In this document: one piece after another, positions 12,589 through 26,743 of the stretch
Position numbering within the stretch: position 1 is the stretch's first letter
Layout of the letters: each line of letters begins with the position of its first letter
Assembly: GCA_976226885.1 (NCBI GenBank)
Contig: OZ320319.1
Coordinates: 39,308,001-39,372,000, forward strand
Reading direction: 5' to 3'
From: Iphione sp. A-MEVVRFRX5
Taxonomy: Eukaryota
Length of the DNA stretch: 64,000 nucleotides
Notes under the pieces: generated by a model
What the model was told of the DNA's origin: nothing
Seen by the model: only the letters and a program-made list of their open reading frames with translations
The model's database searches: none
Translations under genes and position numbers: made by a program

Positions 12589-13210
12589 CTGAAAAGTATG
12601 TACAACTAGGCACAACACAGAATATACCTTCCCATGCATACCTATGGGATGTAATAGACAAAGAGATCCCCAGGGAGAATTAATTTGGTATGGTATGTAC
12701 TAATTATGCAGGGGAACTGGTACTCAAATGATTGACGGATATTTCATGCCTGATGGTGAGTAAAATATGCACACATTGGTAGGATGTCAGTCATGTCTAT
12801 ACAATCATTCCTCACACACTCCCGGAACTGCATCTGTGTGCGTATTTTTTGAATGCGTGGAAAGACCACATAAGATGGAAGCTGCTATGTTCTAGATAAT
12901 CAGGAGATGCGATATGATAGGCCAGCTGCCGTCCTGTTAATTAATAAAGTTCGTCGGAGACGTAGGACGTAAATCCTTATCAAGATACATATGTCTTCCG
13001 CGAATTCTTTTTTTATGTGTAATTCATCGTCCTTTCTGTGAAGCAGTGACAGTCTAGTCTTTGTAACCCGGTAAGTAATATTCTGGCAGTAATTTTATGT
13101 CCGATTGTCTTAAGGAAGTGAAAACTGGTCCGTTCAGAAGATCTTGTAGTCGTGCCACAGACTTACAAACCGAAGACTGCTGACCTTAACAAAGTTCATT
13201 CACAGCGAGC

Positions 13211-13262
13211 ATGTATGTATGTAAATGTACATGTAAATGTACATGTAAATGTACATGTACAT
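13211..13262. repeat. Minisatellite (GTAAATGTACAT)n
   Basis: About three to four copies of a 12-mer, directly visible. Confidence 0.9.
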
Positions 13263-14923
13263 ACGCATTACGTCTGCTTTAAGGATAATCTCATAAGATA
13301 TTTGGACCATTTTTAAAGCATGTCAGTTTCAATAACATTGCATGATACGGCAGTTCGTCATTGAAATTCATGAAACTTTCAGGCGGGCAGGGATATACAT
13401 GTATACACATACACATACAGGATTGCTGTGTTTAAATCAATCCAATAAGCATGTTCTAGAGGAGAGACAAGTACGTCACCTTCAAAGTACCATCGTGAAG
13501 TGTACTAATGTAAAGAGTGACAGCTTTAACATGACCTCACGTACCATCATGTGCATGCTGCACGTGCGGCGCGCGTGTTGTCTCCAGTATTCCCACGCTA
13601 ACCATTGGGAGTTTTAGCCGATGTCGAAACTGTAGGCTCCTAGTACACAATCCTTCACACCTCCGGCTCCCATGGGGAAACCGCATCAACCCCAACCCCC
13701 CGCTATTCCTTGGCATATTGCGCACCACATTGACATGCTGGCTACATGATAATCATGGCGATCGATCATGTCAACCACTGCTGCCCATTAATCAGTCACA
13801 ACTGCCTTTCTGTAACAGTCAACTGCTATTTTTTTTCCATATGATAAACAACTTAATTAACAACATATCACTGTCTGTCCATTTCATTTAGTTTACACGA
13901 TCTGGCCGAGTAATATTTGATACCATTCAATTTGAGGTATTGAACAAGAAGTGTGCTTTCTTGTTGCCTCACGAATATAACTGTATATGTACGTACTTTA
14001 CCTCTGCTAACGCCAAGCCATACACACAGACAAACCCACACGTGCTAAGTAGACTTTTTTTATGAGAAGCACAGCATTGCCAACTGTTGCGAAGTCAGAA
14101 TATGTATCTATTAAACACAACACTTTAAAGATACATGTGTAAAGATTGTAAATCATTTAGGCCCAAAGAAAGCAATACCGGGGCTTATGATAATCTTTCG
14201 GCAGCCAGTAAGTCACATGTTGTCCAGCAGAGAATGCCCCACAGTCGGAGACTCCTGACCTGATTGCATGCACAGTAAATTTTGATATGTAGCGATTCGG
14301 CGACATGCAGTAGGGTCGCCTGGGGCCTCTGGCAGAGATAGTGCCAACTGGACATGTGACATTCTTATTTCCCAGAGGTTCCATTTTCGCTGTTATCCGC
14401 CTGTAGGCTCGAGACGCTATCTGCAATCTCCACCTAAGTTACGACCTATCTTGACACTCTGCTGCGACGCATTCTACGCCCCAGGATTTAACGCGTATCT
14501 CGCGAGATTCCGCCTGCTGACCCACTGACCTCTTTATGACTTATGGTTGACCCTGATTGGAACTGCTCTATATATCATCATGTGATACGGCATGGAACGC
14601 CACTTAAAGGTTGGGTCACGTGAGACACTGGCAAAGACAATGTTAATGGAAGGAGGAGAGTAAGACGATTGTACTCTGAGGAGTAATATAGCTTTCAAGA
14701 TAAGTACAAAAGAAAACAAGAGTTTTGAAGCCATTAGGATAGGTCTGTGCATCTAACCTATCACGGAAGTACTATTAGCGCTTTTCCTTTCATGTATAAG
14801 GGTGTGCACATTTATAACTGTTACGCGGATGTTGGAAATGAATATTTTTTCCCAAGCCAATTTAATGTACTTGTGGAGATTTAAGTAGCCCCTTCTCCGA
14901 TCTTTTTGGAAAGGTTAACACTA

Positions 14924-15100
14924 CAGCAGAAGCCCTATTTGCGACCACATCGATTTGCAACCATTCTCTATTTGAGACCATTCAAGCTGGGAACCAAAGT
15001 ATTGAACTTTATGATTACCAATTATGGATTTCAGTGCAAATCGCCAATGCGTCCACTTCAGCTGGGAACCAAGCGGTGGTCTTAAATGGAGTTTCGACTG
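14924..15100. mobile_element. MITE with ~25-bp imperfect TIRs and TA target-site duplication (Tc1/mariner-pogo type)
   Basis: Left end TA|CAGCAGAAGCCCTATTTGCGACCAC; reverse complement of right end TA|CAGTCGAAACTCCATTTAAGACCAC. Internal direct repeat AGCTGGGAACCAA. Confidence 0.75.
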
Positions 15101-15888
15101 TATATCCATCTCCACTTGTGTAACTATAGCCTGACTATGACTGAGGTTGACCTGAGAATGACTGCCTTTTCCCTAACTACTCCTGGCGGTATAGAATCAG
15201 CCCTTCTTTATGTATATAATCAGTCACCTTTGATGGTAAAGATTCTCATAAGAAATTTTCCCCACAAAGAGCTTTTGTGGCCCCCGCCTCCTAGAGGAGG
15301 GTACTCTACTACTCGCCAATCATGCGACCCTCGGTCAGTACCTTGTAGATCTAAGTACATGTAAGTAAGTTTATTCACTTCACCACGTGGTGCACAGAGT
15401 GTTCTTCCAGTGAATGTATGAATGTAAATTTACAAAAAGTAAAGGTCTATCTCCTCCTGAACCAGTAGGTCAAATGAAGCCATCTTCTAGCATGATATTT
15501 TTCCATATGGATGGTATCATTCAAAGCATTTAACAAAAACTCAAAAAATCAAACAAAGGTATTGACAGCGTATAAGAGAGAATATTGAGATGTGAACATA
15601 CATAAGTCTAATCTCCCAGGCAAAAACAATTAGTTCCACTTGATTGTACAGGCAGTGAAGGATCATGTGCCGCACCTTCCTTGTAAATGTGGCATGTTAC
15701 AGATTCCCTCATTGAGCTAACTGAAAATTGGTAATATGGAATTTTCTGCACAACAAAGGACAGCTGTTCATGTAGTTCTGCATGACAGGTGCTTTGAGCT
15801 ACGTGTATTTCGTTTACCAAAGGAAGAGAATCCCATGTTCAATGGCCAGGCATGATTTCTAAATATGAACCACAGATGACTTTTTCAG

Positions 15889-15954
15889 CTATATGATGGA
15901 TGAGAGGACGCCTTACAATGTTCTACTGTACCAAGAAAAGCCTGTCTCACATGG
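15889..15954 (+). CDS. Candidate symmetric exon (YMMDERTPYNVLLYQEKPVSH)
   Basis: Acceptor TTTTTCAG, 66 nt, phase 2-2, donor GG|GTGAAT. Conflicts with the minus-strand model here unless genes overlap. Confidence 0.2.
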
Positions 15955-17303
15955 GTGAATTCGATCGTAACGTTACCGGTAATTATAAATCGTCCTATTT
16001 AAATGTTCTACAATCAACACTGCAGTAGAAGGTAAAATGGTGCATGGTTTAACTCGCCTAGACTGCTCCTTCTTTTGTAAGCAAAATCAGTTCAATATGC
16101 ACGGAAGAAACTATTAGCTACCATATATGAGATACCTGTGCACATTTCGTGCGATAAAAATTGTAATTAACAGTATGTATCAAAAGTATGTATTTCATGA
16201 TTAATATCTAGATTACAGTCAGCCCTAGGACCCAACACAAACAGCACGATCCAAGGACAACCAGTTGTCATTTAGGAAAAGTATCTGTCATCATGTTTAT
16301 TTGAAACGCTCTTCATAACGATAAGAACATAGCAGAAAACCTTCCATGTGGTGTTCATAAAAATGTCAGCCGTTCGCTTTTTGCTTCCGAAAACAGTCAT
16401 CAGGTATTTTCAGTACATGAAACCGGTTCGTCGCTTGAAGGTAGTGAGTTATTTTAGCACCGCCTGGCGGTGCCTCAAAAACTCTCCTCTGTTTGCAAAA
16501 AGAGCAGTTTAATGAACGGCTCCCTACAGGACTGGGTTAGCAAAGTACACATGTCAGGCTGCATGCAAGCTAGCCGATAAAATAACCGCCTCTTTATTTC
16601 ATGAAAAGTTGACGATGATAAAATCCTGGCAAGGTAGCGCAGTATAGTGTATCATTTTGATTGTAAAAGGTAATTCTTCCTCCAAGAACGAGATCCTGCT
16701 CTGGATCTTTCTCTTACAATGTATTTCACCAGAACTTACATGAAATGCACTATACCCAGGTAATACTTATTCATATCGTACAAGTAACTTAATCTGTGAC
16801 GTGTCTTAAGATCAAAATCGCAGATCGGGTAGAATTCCCCTTGACACTGCATATATTATTTAGAGCGGCTCTAAGCTTCCGGAGTTAAGGAGTGATCACG
16901 TTGCATATGCATGCCCTAATGGAACTGTATAACTCAATGTGTTGGGTAACAACGCGGCCAGTAACTTTTATTAACGATTGGAATGTACTTTTAATTTAAC
17001 AGTATTCGCAAATTCCAATTTAATCCTCGAACGTTTAGTACGCATATTTGCCTTAAATCACACGGTCTTGTTGTCAGCATTTTACTTTTTACTCCATCTC
17101 ACTGTAATTGATGGCTTCATTTAAATTGCTAAGTGAGTGAGTGAGGTGCATCAATTCTACCAGAGTCCGTCCATCTCGGACTGAGAGCTGTCTCGGCCGT
17201 AATTTTTCGTTCCTCCACTAGGCGTCACCACTGCAAGTCAAGATGACTATCCAGCATCACTGACGCCGCGACGCACACGATTTCAGTTAGCTCAAGCTAA
17301 CAC

Positions 17304-17652
17304 CTGGCGAAGGCCGAGCGCTCTTGGTGGAGAACTCCTGCCTCCTTGGTCTAATTAAAAAGGCTCTCCTCATTTGAGATGAAACCTTTTGATATTCTCT
17401 TTTTCCCTGCTTCGCCAGCTCTTGCAGTCGCATTGCCGCGCGATGGGCGTGTCCAGAAACTGCATTCCGATTCAGGCGAAACTGATCAGACGGGGCTCGG
17501 GTTGCTTGAAGCCTTGCGCTTTCAATTTCCTTCCCCATTTCCTGGTGGTGGATGAGGACCGCGGGGAGGGTAAACAGAGGGCGTCTGGGATCCTCCGGCG
17601 ACGCGGATACATGAGCAATAGGCCGAGCAACTCGCTCTAGCGGCCGTCGCAC
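17304..17652 (-). CDS. Candidate first coding exon (...MGKEIESARLQATRAPSDQFRLNRNAVSGHAHRAAMRLQELAKQGKREYQKVSSQMRRAFLIRPRRQEFSTKSARPSP)
   Basis: 121-codon ORF in a GC/CpG-rich island, helical charged composition, weak donor CAG|GTGTTA at 17303, upstream CCAAT boxes near 18300. Protein not recognised. Confidence 0.4.
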
Positions 17653-19398
17653 GTTGCTGGAGGACTTGGTGGTAGAGAAAGAGAGAGGAGGTATAAGAGG
17701 GGGGGGGTAGGCGGAGATAGCCTGGGTGGAAGGATGTAGCGAGCGCAGCTCGATCTGTTAGCCGACAAGGCAAGCTTTTCCATGCTACACAGTACCGGTC
17801 TCTTGCTTTATTTTTCCCGCGCCGGACACGCATGCGGTAAATGACATTAGGACCCACGCTTAAAGACCGGTCTCCTCGGCATGATGTCTTTCCCGCAGCC
17901 CTCTTCGCATGCATGGTGTTCTGATTATCGCCGCATGAATTTCTGTCTCTACTTTCTGAGGCTGTCCAGTGCCTATATCCGCTCATTTTGACAGTCATCT
18001 TTTTGATGCGCGCCTCTGTTGGGTGCACGTGTGAATGACGGCTACCCAACTGGCCCTTCTTCATGGGGGGCCCTCCGCCGACAAGACAGTGGTGAGATAA
18101 AGACGAGCAGCTCGCACTGCTGCCTCCTTTTGAGTAGTCTCCGCCCAGGAACTTTCCACTGAGTGTGCCCCGTTGTTGCTGATACAAAGCGCCCTGATAA
18201 AAGCCTGAATGCGGCGGACCTGCGGCGTCTCATGACTCTATTGAGTCACCTATACCTTGAGGCGTCTGTATCTCAGCGTCTGGTATTCCTGCAGCCCCCA
18301 ATGGAAGCGTCCAATTAGGGCAACACGAGAAAGAGAAGCCTGCCATTGGAACCTGATACCAGTGTTTGCTTGCCATTTTACTTCCTATCTGAGAATCTAC
18401 CTATTTCCTTCACCTTCAACTGCACGTCTACAGTTCAAATAGGGAGAACACTTTTACTTGTCAGCATGAAAATGCTGAGGAAAAACTACCCGGAAATGCT
18501 ACTGAGAAGGGGGTCTCGATGTTATGCACCAAATTGAAATTGGCTGAATTCAAAATTGTCTTGCGATGGACTAAGTACCTATGTGTATACATGTACATGT
18601 ATATGTATGCGAGCCGAGAGTCTCACCCTAATCACCCGTAATCTCTACATCTTCAAGTCATAAATACATCAGAACGGAAACGAAACGTAATGGATAGGGC
18701 AGTAGCCCTTCCTCAATTCACCAAGACCGTAATACCCTGAGAAAAATAGTTTTATGTACATGGAAAGGTCAGCTGGATTGTACAACTGGATTGTACAACA
18801 CTGAACAACACTTTCGATGTATCGCATGTTAAGCTTTGGCATTTGTCCAAGGAAAATATATCCAAAAAAACAAGCGTATTTTAAATCCGTATAATCAAGC
18901 GAGACTTCCACTACTGCCAAGACCATGCTACTAGTTACAAGTGTACTTTGAAAACTTCAGATGTAGAAAACAGATTATTCACCATGTAGTCAAAGAACAC
19001 ACGGGCGATAAGGCTCGAGAATATTGATAAGCTGCAATTAACTTGCAGTGGAAGCAGTCCGTGTAAGTGACACCAAGAAAAATGGAGTGGCACGTTAACT
19101 ATTTGAGTTCCCGTGTTGCATAAACCTGCTAGTATATACGGCACGAAGAAGGCACTGAACAAAAACTGATGGGGATTAATGGGCAATAGCAGAATTGATG
19201 CGTAACAAGGTATATTTGAAGTACGTGTAACTTCAAGATGTTGTAACTAACTTAAAGCAGCGCCCACCCCGTCCAAACTAAAAATGAAGGCAGCGGAAGT
19301 AAACAAAGAAAGGGAGGCAGGGAGGAGGGAATCAAAGAGAAGTGTAAGAAGGGGGAGGCAGACGGGGAGGGGAACTGAACCGGGAAGTAACGAGCAAA

Positions 19399-19423
19399 AG
19401 AGAGCGAGAGAGAGAGAGAGCAT

Positions 19424-19476
<53 letters not shown>
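19399..19476. repeat. (GA)n microsatellite within a ~240-nt purine-rich tract
   Basis: Pure AG run at 19427-19476. Flanks 19280-19520 are strongly purine-rich. Confidence 0.97.
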
Positions 19477-19479
<3 letters not shown>

Positions 19480-20435
19480 GAAGATGTAAAGAGGGGGAGC
19501 AACAGAAGGAAAGAACGGAATTCGATTATTCCTATTCTTGAAGTCGGCAATCCGGGCACTTCCAGCTTGTAGCATGTAAACAAACAACTGTCAGAGCTGA
19601 TTTCTCACTAATTTAAAAAGCATCATATGGTTTCACTGTGAACAGTGTATAAGTTAACCCTTAATGTAACTGATCACATTAGTGTTTAGATTAAAATACT
19701 CTTCTAAAAGTTTTAATTTAGCAAAAATACTGCAGAGGTGAAGAGTGGGTGATAATCAGGGAGTTTCTACATATTCCAATATAAACTCTAAGGCCTGGTG
19801 AAAACAATCTAATGATAAATTTGACATATGCACTTAATCTAGAGGTAGTTCTACTTGTATTGTCATCATGATATCATTGTTACCTCTGAAATCATTGCCA
19901 ACTGATTATTGTAGGCATAAACATTATAATAGTTCAAAGAGAGAAACCCACTTCTTTTCACCTCCACCCCAGGCAACCTGACCTATATGTGACTAAGCTA
20001 CAAGCCTTATCAGTGACTGTGACGTCATGCCGACTTGTAGAATCTGTGTGTACGGTGAGGAGGGAATGAAGCAGTGGTAAAGTATGAACATACGTGTATA
20101 ATGATTTTATCAGACTAGCTCCGTACCACGTCTGAAACACGGCTATGAAAGTAATAAAGAGTATGAAATTTCAATAACCTTAACTGAAAAGAGCCCCCCT
20201 CCCCTAGAGTTTGCAGACAGGTCATTACAGGAGAGAGCACACGAATTTACTGAGGAGCACAGATATATACATGAAAAGAGGGGGGTATGGGTGGCAGCGG
20301 CAGATATGAACATAGAAGAAAAAAATGACTGCCATATTTTAGCTAGAGTTAAATCGGCAAATATCGTATACATGTTTGTATATATGTCTGGAAGCTGCCG
20401 TGCATTCCACTATTCATTGTTTTTCACCATATATA

Positions 20436-20618
20436 TGGTCGAACGCCTCTAATCAGGACACCATTGGTTCCGTCCCAATGTGTCCCTGTTTGAAACGTAT
20501 CCCTATTAGAGACTTTTTTTTTGTAAATATAGGACAAATGAAATCTGTTCTTCCCCAAAGTGTCCCTATTAAAGACATGTCCGTATAGGAGACGTGTCCC
20601 TAAGGTGACTTTCCACTG
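20436..20618. mobile_element. TA-flanked MITE, Tc1/pogo-like family with GGACAC/GTGTCC internal repeats
   Basis: Right end GTGACTTTCCACTG|TA, degenerate left end, repeated TAATAGGGACAC-like motifs. Homologous in reverse orientation to 52720-52895. Confidence 0.65.
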
Positions 20619-23204
20619 TATACCCAGAGAAGACATAATATAAAGAGAATGTGGCCATAAATGATATTTCCAGAAACATCCATATTTTTGAGAAATTATT
20701 CGCACCTTCTCTGCCCAGACCTTGACCCCATTATTGTATATCCACTATGAACAAAATTCAATTATGAATCCTAAGAAGCACTTTCCGTCCAATTAACATT
20801 TTACGGCCTGTCACTTGTGGTCAACCTCCCCAAAGCACGGAGCATGGTGTGTTGCATGTGGCTTTGCTCTGAAGAGACGCGCCAGGGTCAACCAAAAAGA
20901 TGGCGTAACATGATTGTTGCTAATTTATGGAGTTCAATCATAATTTCAAGGGGACCTGTCGTCGATTTTGCAACGGATTTCACGTCCCCTTTAAAGTATT
21001 ACTTTAATGCTGCATGGACAGTTCAAACAGATTAGAGGTAAGGGGGAGGGAACATTGGCTCCACCTATACAGATGCTTGGTACACACGCAGTGCTCATTT
21101 GATTTAAATTGTGTAAAAGATGATATCTATGCACATATATAGAGACATACATTCTGCAAGTCACCTCTGATGGTGGAAGATAGTATTTCTTTTCAATGCA
21201 CTCCACGGATATTCCCCATCAATAATGGAACAGTTGCGGTGGTATTCTAATTTAAATTGGCCTGTCAGATTGTCCCGTAATTTATGGCGCAGATATGCAG
21301 ATTGCGCGTTCTCGCGCCAATTCGTCAAATCCCTGGCAATACAAACGGATCAGCTACGGGTTAGAGGTTAGAGGGATCGCTCCATAGGGCTGCCAGTCTG
21401 TATCTCTCCCTTATGTCCTGCCTTGTGTCTTTTTACGTGTAAATGTAACATTGAAGAAAGAGAGCGAGAAGAAGGGTTCTCCGTCTACCTTCACAACACA
21501 ATTACACGTGTATGTCTCTATTAGTGACAGATGAAATGTAAAGTGCTTTGTGTAGAGAAATTACATTTATTTCCATTCCAAAGGGTCCAAAGGCTGACAT
21601 TTGCATTGGTTAAAACATTCGCCATTGAAGCAATCTCATAATATTACAACCCCCCCAGATATCTGCTACATGTGCCATATATCCGTACACATCAGCTTAT
21701 GTACCGCCCCCTTATATCATGAGCGACATATAACTGTATTCTTTTCATCAAAGTTATACTTGCTGTCGGTCTGTTTTCAGTTTTCGAGTAAGTGAAGCTA
21801 ACGTCTCTCAGGCAAAAGGCTTTAAAAGGTAGATAGCTCGGCAACAGCTCCGGTAAATCGTGTTTCGTGTCACTTTCAGCTTTTCCATCGACTTGTAATC
21901 ATCCAATCGCGGTGGCTCGCGTTTTTCCTTCGTGTGCAAATTGTCGTCTGCCCATACGCACGCGCATGCCCTAACGTGCCAACGGAAGTGGAGATGGGTC
22001 ACGCTCGGATCGGCAGGTCACGATGCTCGATATGAAACACTCGCCTTCCTAACGACTTCTGCCGACTTAGGAAGCAGTTAGACTAGATGACAATGTTTCA
22101 TGCGGGGCATATGTTGCCGATGCATGCGGAGCCATTGATCTGAAACTTTTCCGACTGACATCATATATCTATGCACTGTGAGTCTACTTAGAAGTCACGA
22201 GAGCACCCTAATGGTGAGAGCCGCGCCGACGTACATATAGCGCAGTCATGGAAAGTTTAATGTCATACTTGAATTATTTAAAATGTAACAATGAAGCGCA
22301 GACGACACTCGTTCGATATTCTCACTGATATAGCCGTCGCTTGAGGGTATCCAAACGACAGGTAAGAAGCCTGATATTATGTGAGACACGTCGGAATCTC
22401 TTTATCCGTTCTATTAGAGCACTCTCTTGGCTCTTGTTTCTCTCATGCGGGGTCGCATGGCAAGTGTTCGAAGCCGTCGCTGAATTCGATTCCTCTTCAA
22501 CTGGGCATCCTTCTTGTGAAAGTAACTGGGAGACGGAAAGACCCGGAGGCTAAACCGGATGACAAGTGAGGATCTATTTGGGGGACGGTGGAGATGAAGG
22601 AACGGGTGGGCGTCTGGGGTTACACTCTACCTGTTTGCGCCTGTCGCCCACAGGTCACAGCGATCCGGCTGGGGCTTTGTGTACTAAATACTTCAATCCA
22701 ACCCGGAGCGCCACTTAACCCGCTAACCGGCCTGCCAACCCGCACCCTGGAGTGCTCTGGGCGAACTAAGCCAAATAACCGAGACAGAGCCAAATCAGTT
22801 CTACTCACAACCAGATCCCCTTGGTTTTTACAGAGAAAAGTCTGATGTACAATGTAAGAGGAGATTTATGCTACGGGTATGGAGTATTGGACTTAACAAG
22901 ACAGGGAGGTACTGCACGTTTGCATGCCACCCTTCGTCAGGGAATATTTGAAGGCTCCTTTGCAGATCAGTTCTCAGAAAACAACGGGATTAGACAACAA
23001 AGAGTCTGCTTCTTCAAGTGTTTTCGGTCTAAACACTTGCCCTGATCCATGGGGTCATGGGTGGGTAGGTGGGGGGTTGATACCTGCTCCAAAGCATAAT
23101 TGGTGTACAGACAATATGGGTAGTTTTCAAGCATGATGACCACATGATTTCAGTAATGCCAGAAAAATATCATCTGTTGACTGAGCTCTGGTTTGCTGCA
23201 GTGC

Positions 23205-23374
23205 CTAGTTCAGCTTGACAAAACTCCAGAAGTTGGCGCGACGATGTTCGCTGTAACATCCCATCATTCCCAGCACGGCCCTTGTTCTCTCGTACATCTT
23301 GAATGTAAAATCCCATTGTCGGGCCATGTTTGCCCAGCCAAGTGTACCAGTTCTTGATAGTTCATCGAAGCATT
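23205..23374 (-). CDS. Candidate terminal coding exon (ECFDELSRTGTLGWANMARQWDFTFKMYERTRAVLGMMGCYSEHRRANFWSFVKLN*)
   Basis: Pyrimidine-rich minus-strand intron end TCTTGCTCTTAACTAG, phase 1, 55 full codons then TAG. Family not recognised. Confidence 0.5.
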
Positions 23375-24208
23375 CTAGTTAAGAGCAAGAGCAACACAGA
23401 AACACGATTGAAATATTTCCTAAGAGAAAGAAGTTTACACTGACGGATAGAGTTTCAATGTAATCTTTGATATGGAAATGGAACATTCCATCCCTTTTTT
23501 GGGGGGGTGATCAGTCTTGTGTCCTGGAGTATGCTTATACGTGGAGGTAAGGCGGCCTTTTTAGCAGTCAAACTTTAACATTGTGCTTTATCGGACATTC
23601 GAGCACGGTGAATGATCTTTCTCTATTCGGAGATAAATCTCCTTTTGTGTGAAGCCTTCATTTGGCATCCTTTTAATCAGCAGGCTGGGGATAAGTACCG
23701 CCCAAAACAAAGATGATTTATCCCCAGGAGGAGAGGACAATGCCGTCTTTTAAATACTCTACGATAGCGGCGGATTAGGTAGATTACGCTGGGCCAATTA
23801 AATTAAGGGATTGGCTCCAGTCTTCTGGTGGAGAAAGGTGAAAGGTTTACTCGCTTCTCAAACGGCCGCTGGTGGCGCTCCGGTGTCTTTCGTGGCCCGG
23901 CCCGTCGGCTAATACATGTATCATCTGCAGGCATGGCCACCTTTTTACCACTATCGGTGGGACCGGGGCAGGAGTAAACAAACACTCTTTCACCGAATTC
24001 CATCCATCAGCTGAGGCATTATAAAGGGGCCGTGGCAACTTTGGACAGTCCTTTAAATAGTTGAATGAGGGGTGGGGTGGGTTGGGGGTTTAGTTAACTA
24101 TTGGTTTCAAACGGACTGTGCCATTTGATCTCCATTAAATCTTCCTGTCAAAATCTTTTGTTTCCCTTTGATGTATTTAGCAGTGCTTGCCTTATACATG
24201 TGCATGTA

Positions 24209-24430
24209 CAACACAACCCCTGATTACGGACGCCCGACCACAGCGGACACCCCCCACAACGGACGCCCTGGCACTAGTCCCAAACGACAACCCTCTATAT
24301 CATGTTTATTACAGCCCAGACACAGCAGACACTCAGGAACAGCGGACACCTCGCCTTTGGACAGTCCCTGGACAGTCCCTAACAATGATTTCCAGGGGTC
24401 TACAGCAGACACCCGCCCTTCATTACAGGG
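24209..24430 (+). mobile_element. Truncated MITE of the same CGGACAC-repeat type
   Basis: TA|CAACACAACCCCTGATTACGGACGCC left end and multiple (A/C)GCGGACAC/GCAGACAC repeats. No right TIR found. Confidence 0.45.
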
Positions 24431-26743
24431 TATTCAATTCTTGTGCTTCTGTCTATGTGCGTGAGTGTGCCTTCACCTGCATTGCTTGTTTTAAGACATT
24501 TTATAATATAAGATCTTCATGCAATACACATAAATACATAAATAGGATATTTAGGATATCCTATTTCGAGTGCAAGAATACCAGTGAACCTATGTTAGAC
24601 GAAGTAACAAAAACAACATGATTACCACACATTGCCACATATTGCTGGATATTTTCATCAAATTTGTGGTATTTAGATTTTTTTCATCAAATCGACTGGA
24701 GTTCTGAAGTTTTTTTACATACAATTTGTGGTATTTAGGGCATTTATATGTCACATTTTCTGTTATTTAAATCATCTCACATATGTTCACGCACATTTTT
24801 ACCGTTAACAATGACCTCAAACAATGCAATGCAGTGTTACGCAACACACCCAAATGCAAGCCCAAAGTACATTCCTATGTGAGTGAGTATGTGGAAGATC
24901 CTAATGCATAATAATGTACCTGCATGTCTACTGCATACTACACGCCTGTCTCCATTGTGTCTCCAGAGACAATCACAGATCTGAAAACCGGCCGTACCCA
25001 CATCCCATAATTATAAAGTACACTATTCGCATTTACAACTCCACATTTATTGAGAAATATTCCCTTGTTGCTCTTAATCACAAAAATATGATGTATGTTT
25101 GGTCTGTTTGGGAAAACGCAGGCCTTCTGTTTCAGAAAGATAACAGGTTGTTGACAATACCTGCTGAAATTCAAACTCAAATCTGTCGTGAATCCCAGGA
25201 CTTAACGGCAATAAAACTCGAGGTACACTTGTATTTCCCGAGGCGATTTCCGTTACAGTGGTCCCTATTGGATTTCGCCACCATTACAAATGGCTGTTCT
25301 TCTGTAAAGAAAATTGGGTTGTCGAAAATTACCCATTGGAAGAGTTTTCCATTGAATCGATCTTTTAATTGCTCAGATGAAGACTGTATCCATTTCATTG
25401 GTTCGTAATGGTTGTTGCTTCTATTTTTCCTGTGTGTGAAGACAACGTATTTCAAATCGTCCTCTTCTTTTGATCGGATTCGATGGCAGATCAAACGTGC
25501 TTGATGTGACGCCTTGAATCTGTTTTTTAGTCATCTTACCGACGACATGTGTCTTCATTCTCAGCATTCTAATCTTTTGTGTTAGGTGATCAACGCCCGC
25601 CCCCTACCGGCCAGGCACGTACTCAGTTACGCACCCACACAGCCCAGCGTCGCTAGAAAAACGACTCATCTCCGCTCTCTGATCCTCTGATTCACGTACA
25701 ATTCCCCGCAAAGGCAGAGAAACAAAGAGCAAATGTTAAGCCCTGCTGAGGCATGTTTATTAGCATGATGTTCGTCAGGTTAAACATTGGGTATACGAAA
25801 AAGATCGTGTCTTATCTCTTAATGTGAGGAAGCGTATACTACAAAAACTGCATGTAGCAAAAGAAATGATTATGCGGTCCGTGTAGACAAAGATATAAGA
25901 GAGACTTCCGAGATGTGACCTTCTACTAAGTAAACTTCCTTGGCCTTTCCATGAAGAGTTTGTCTGATAGTGAATGATGCTAATCACATACTTTGTGTCG
26001 AAGATCTAATGGTTGATTTAACCCGTATTTTTTTCACATGATCTGAAGGTATGGATTCCATCATTACGGAGTAATTATCGATCATCATCGAAAAGGAATA
26101 GATTAAAGAAATATACCTGTACATAACTTCTGATGGAGGTTCAACTTTAGAGCCGAAACGCTGAGAATGTAACAACATAGACTCATTGAATGACCAACTA
26201 ATCAACGAGATCTAGATGTTGTGGGCTATTTGTTTCATCTTATCTATACAACGCTAGAAACATACGTGTACCAAAACGATACCTGCTCAGAGTGTGACCC
26301 TATACTTGAAGGATCGGGAGACTAGCGTTGCTAAAACCATGAAGGAGATACGAAAGAATTGGAGAAATAGTGGAATAACGTTTAATTTCCTCGATAAAAG
26401 ACCTGTCAGAAGTGAGATTTATTCGCCTACATGTAGCCATCATTTATGAAGTATTACTGTAATTCACACATCCGTTATATGATCTTGTAGTGGTAGAAGA
26501 TGAGAGAAGTTTATAATGTTGTACGGCATCCTCTTTATCTGCCACATATCGCGTGCTTGAAACATCAAAGGTGTATCTTGTGTATCAACTACAGGTACAC
26601 ATCACTGTTTTATGAAAACCTCCCCTCTCTAGACTGAACACCATCCAGGATGTAAATAACTTAATTTAGACGCGCCCATCTGAGACACAGGAAGGCGCTG
26701 TCCCTCAGGTGTGGTCAACCCAGGAGATTCAGGTGTCACCCAC

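Noticed and set aside
19252-19587. ORFs with SL/ER repeats
   Set aside because: Translations of the (GA)n microsatellite.
24914-25408. 164-aa plus ORF with F-box-like LLTIPAEIQTQI
   Set aside because: The resemblance is limited to a few residues, the opposite strand is equally open, and no supported exon chain was found.
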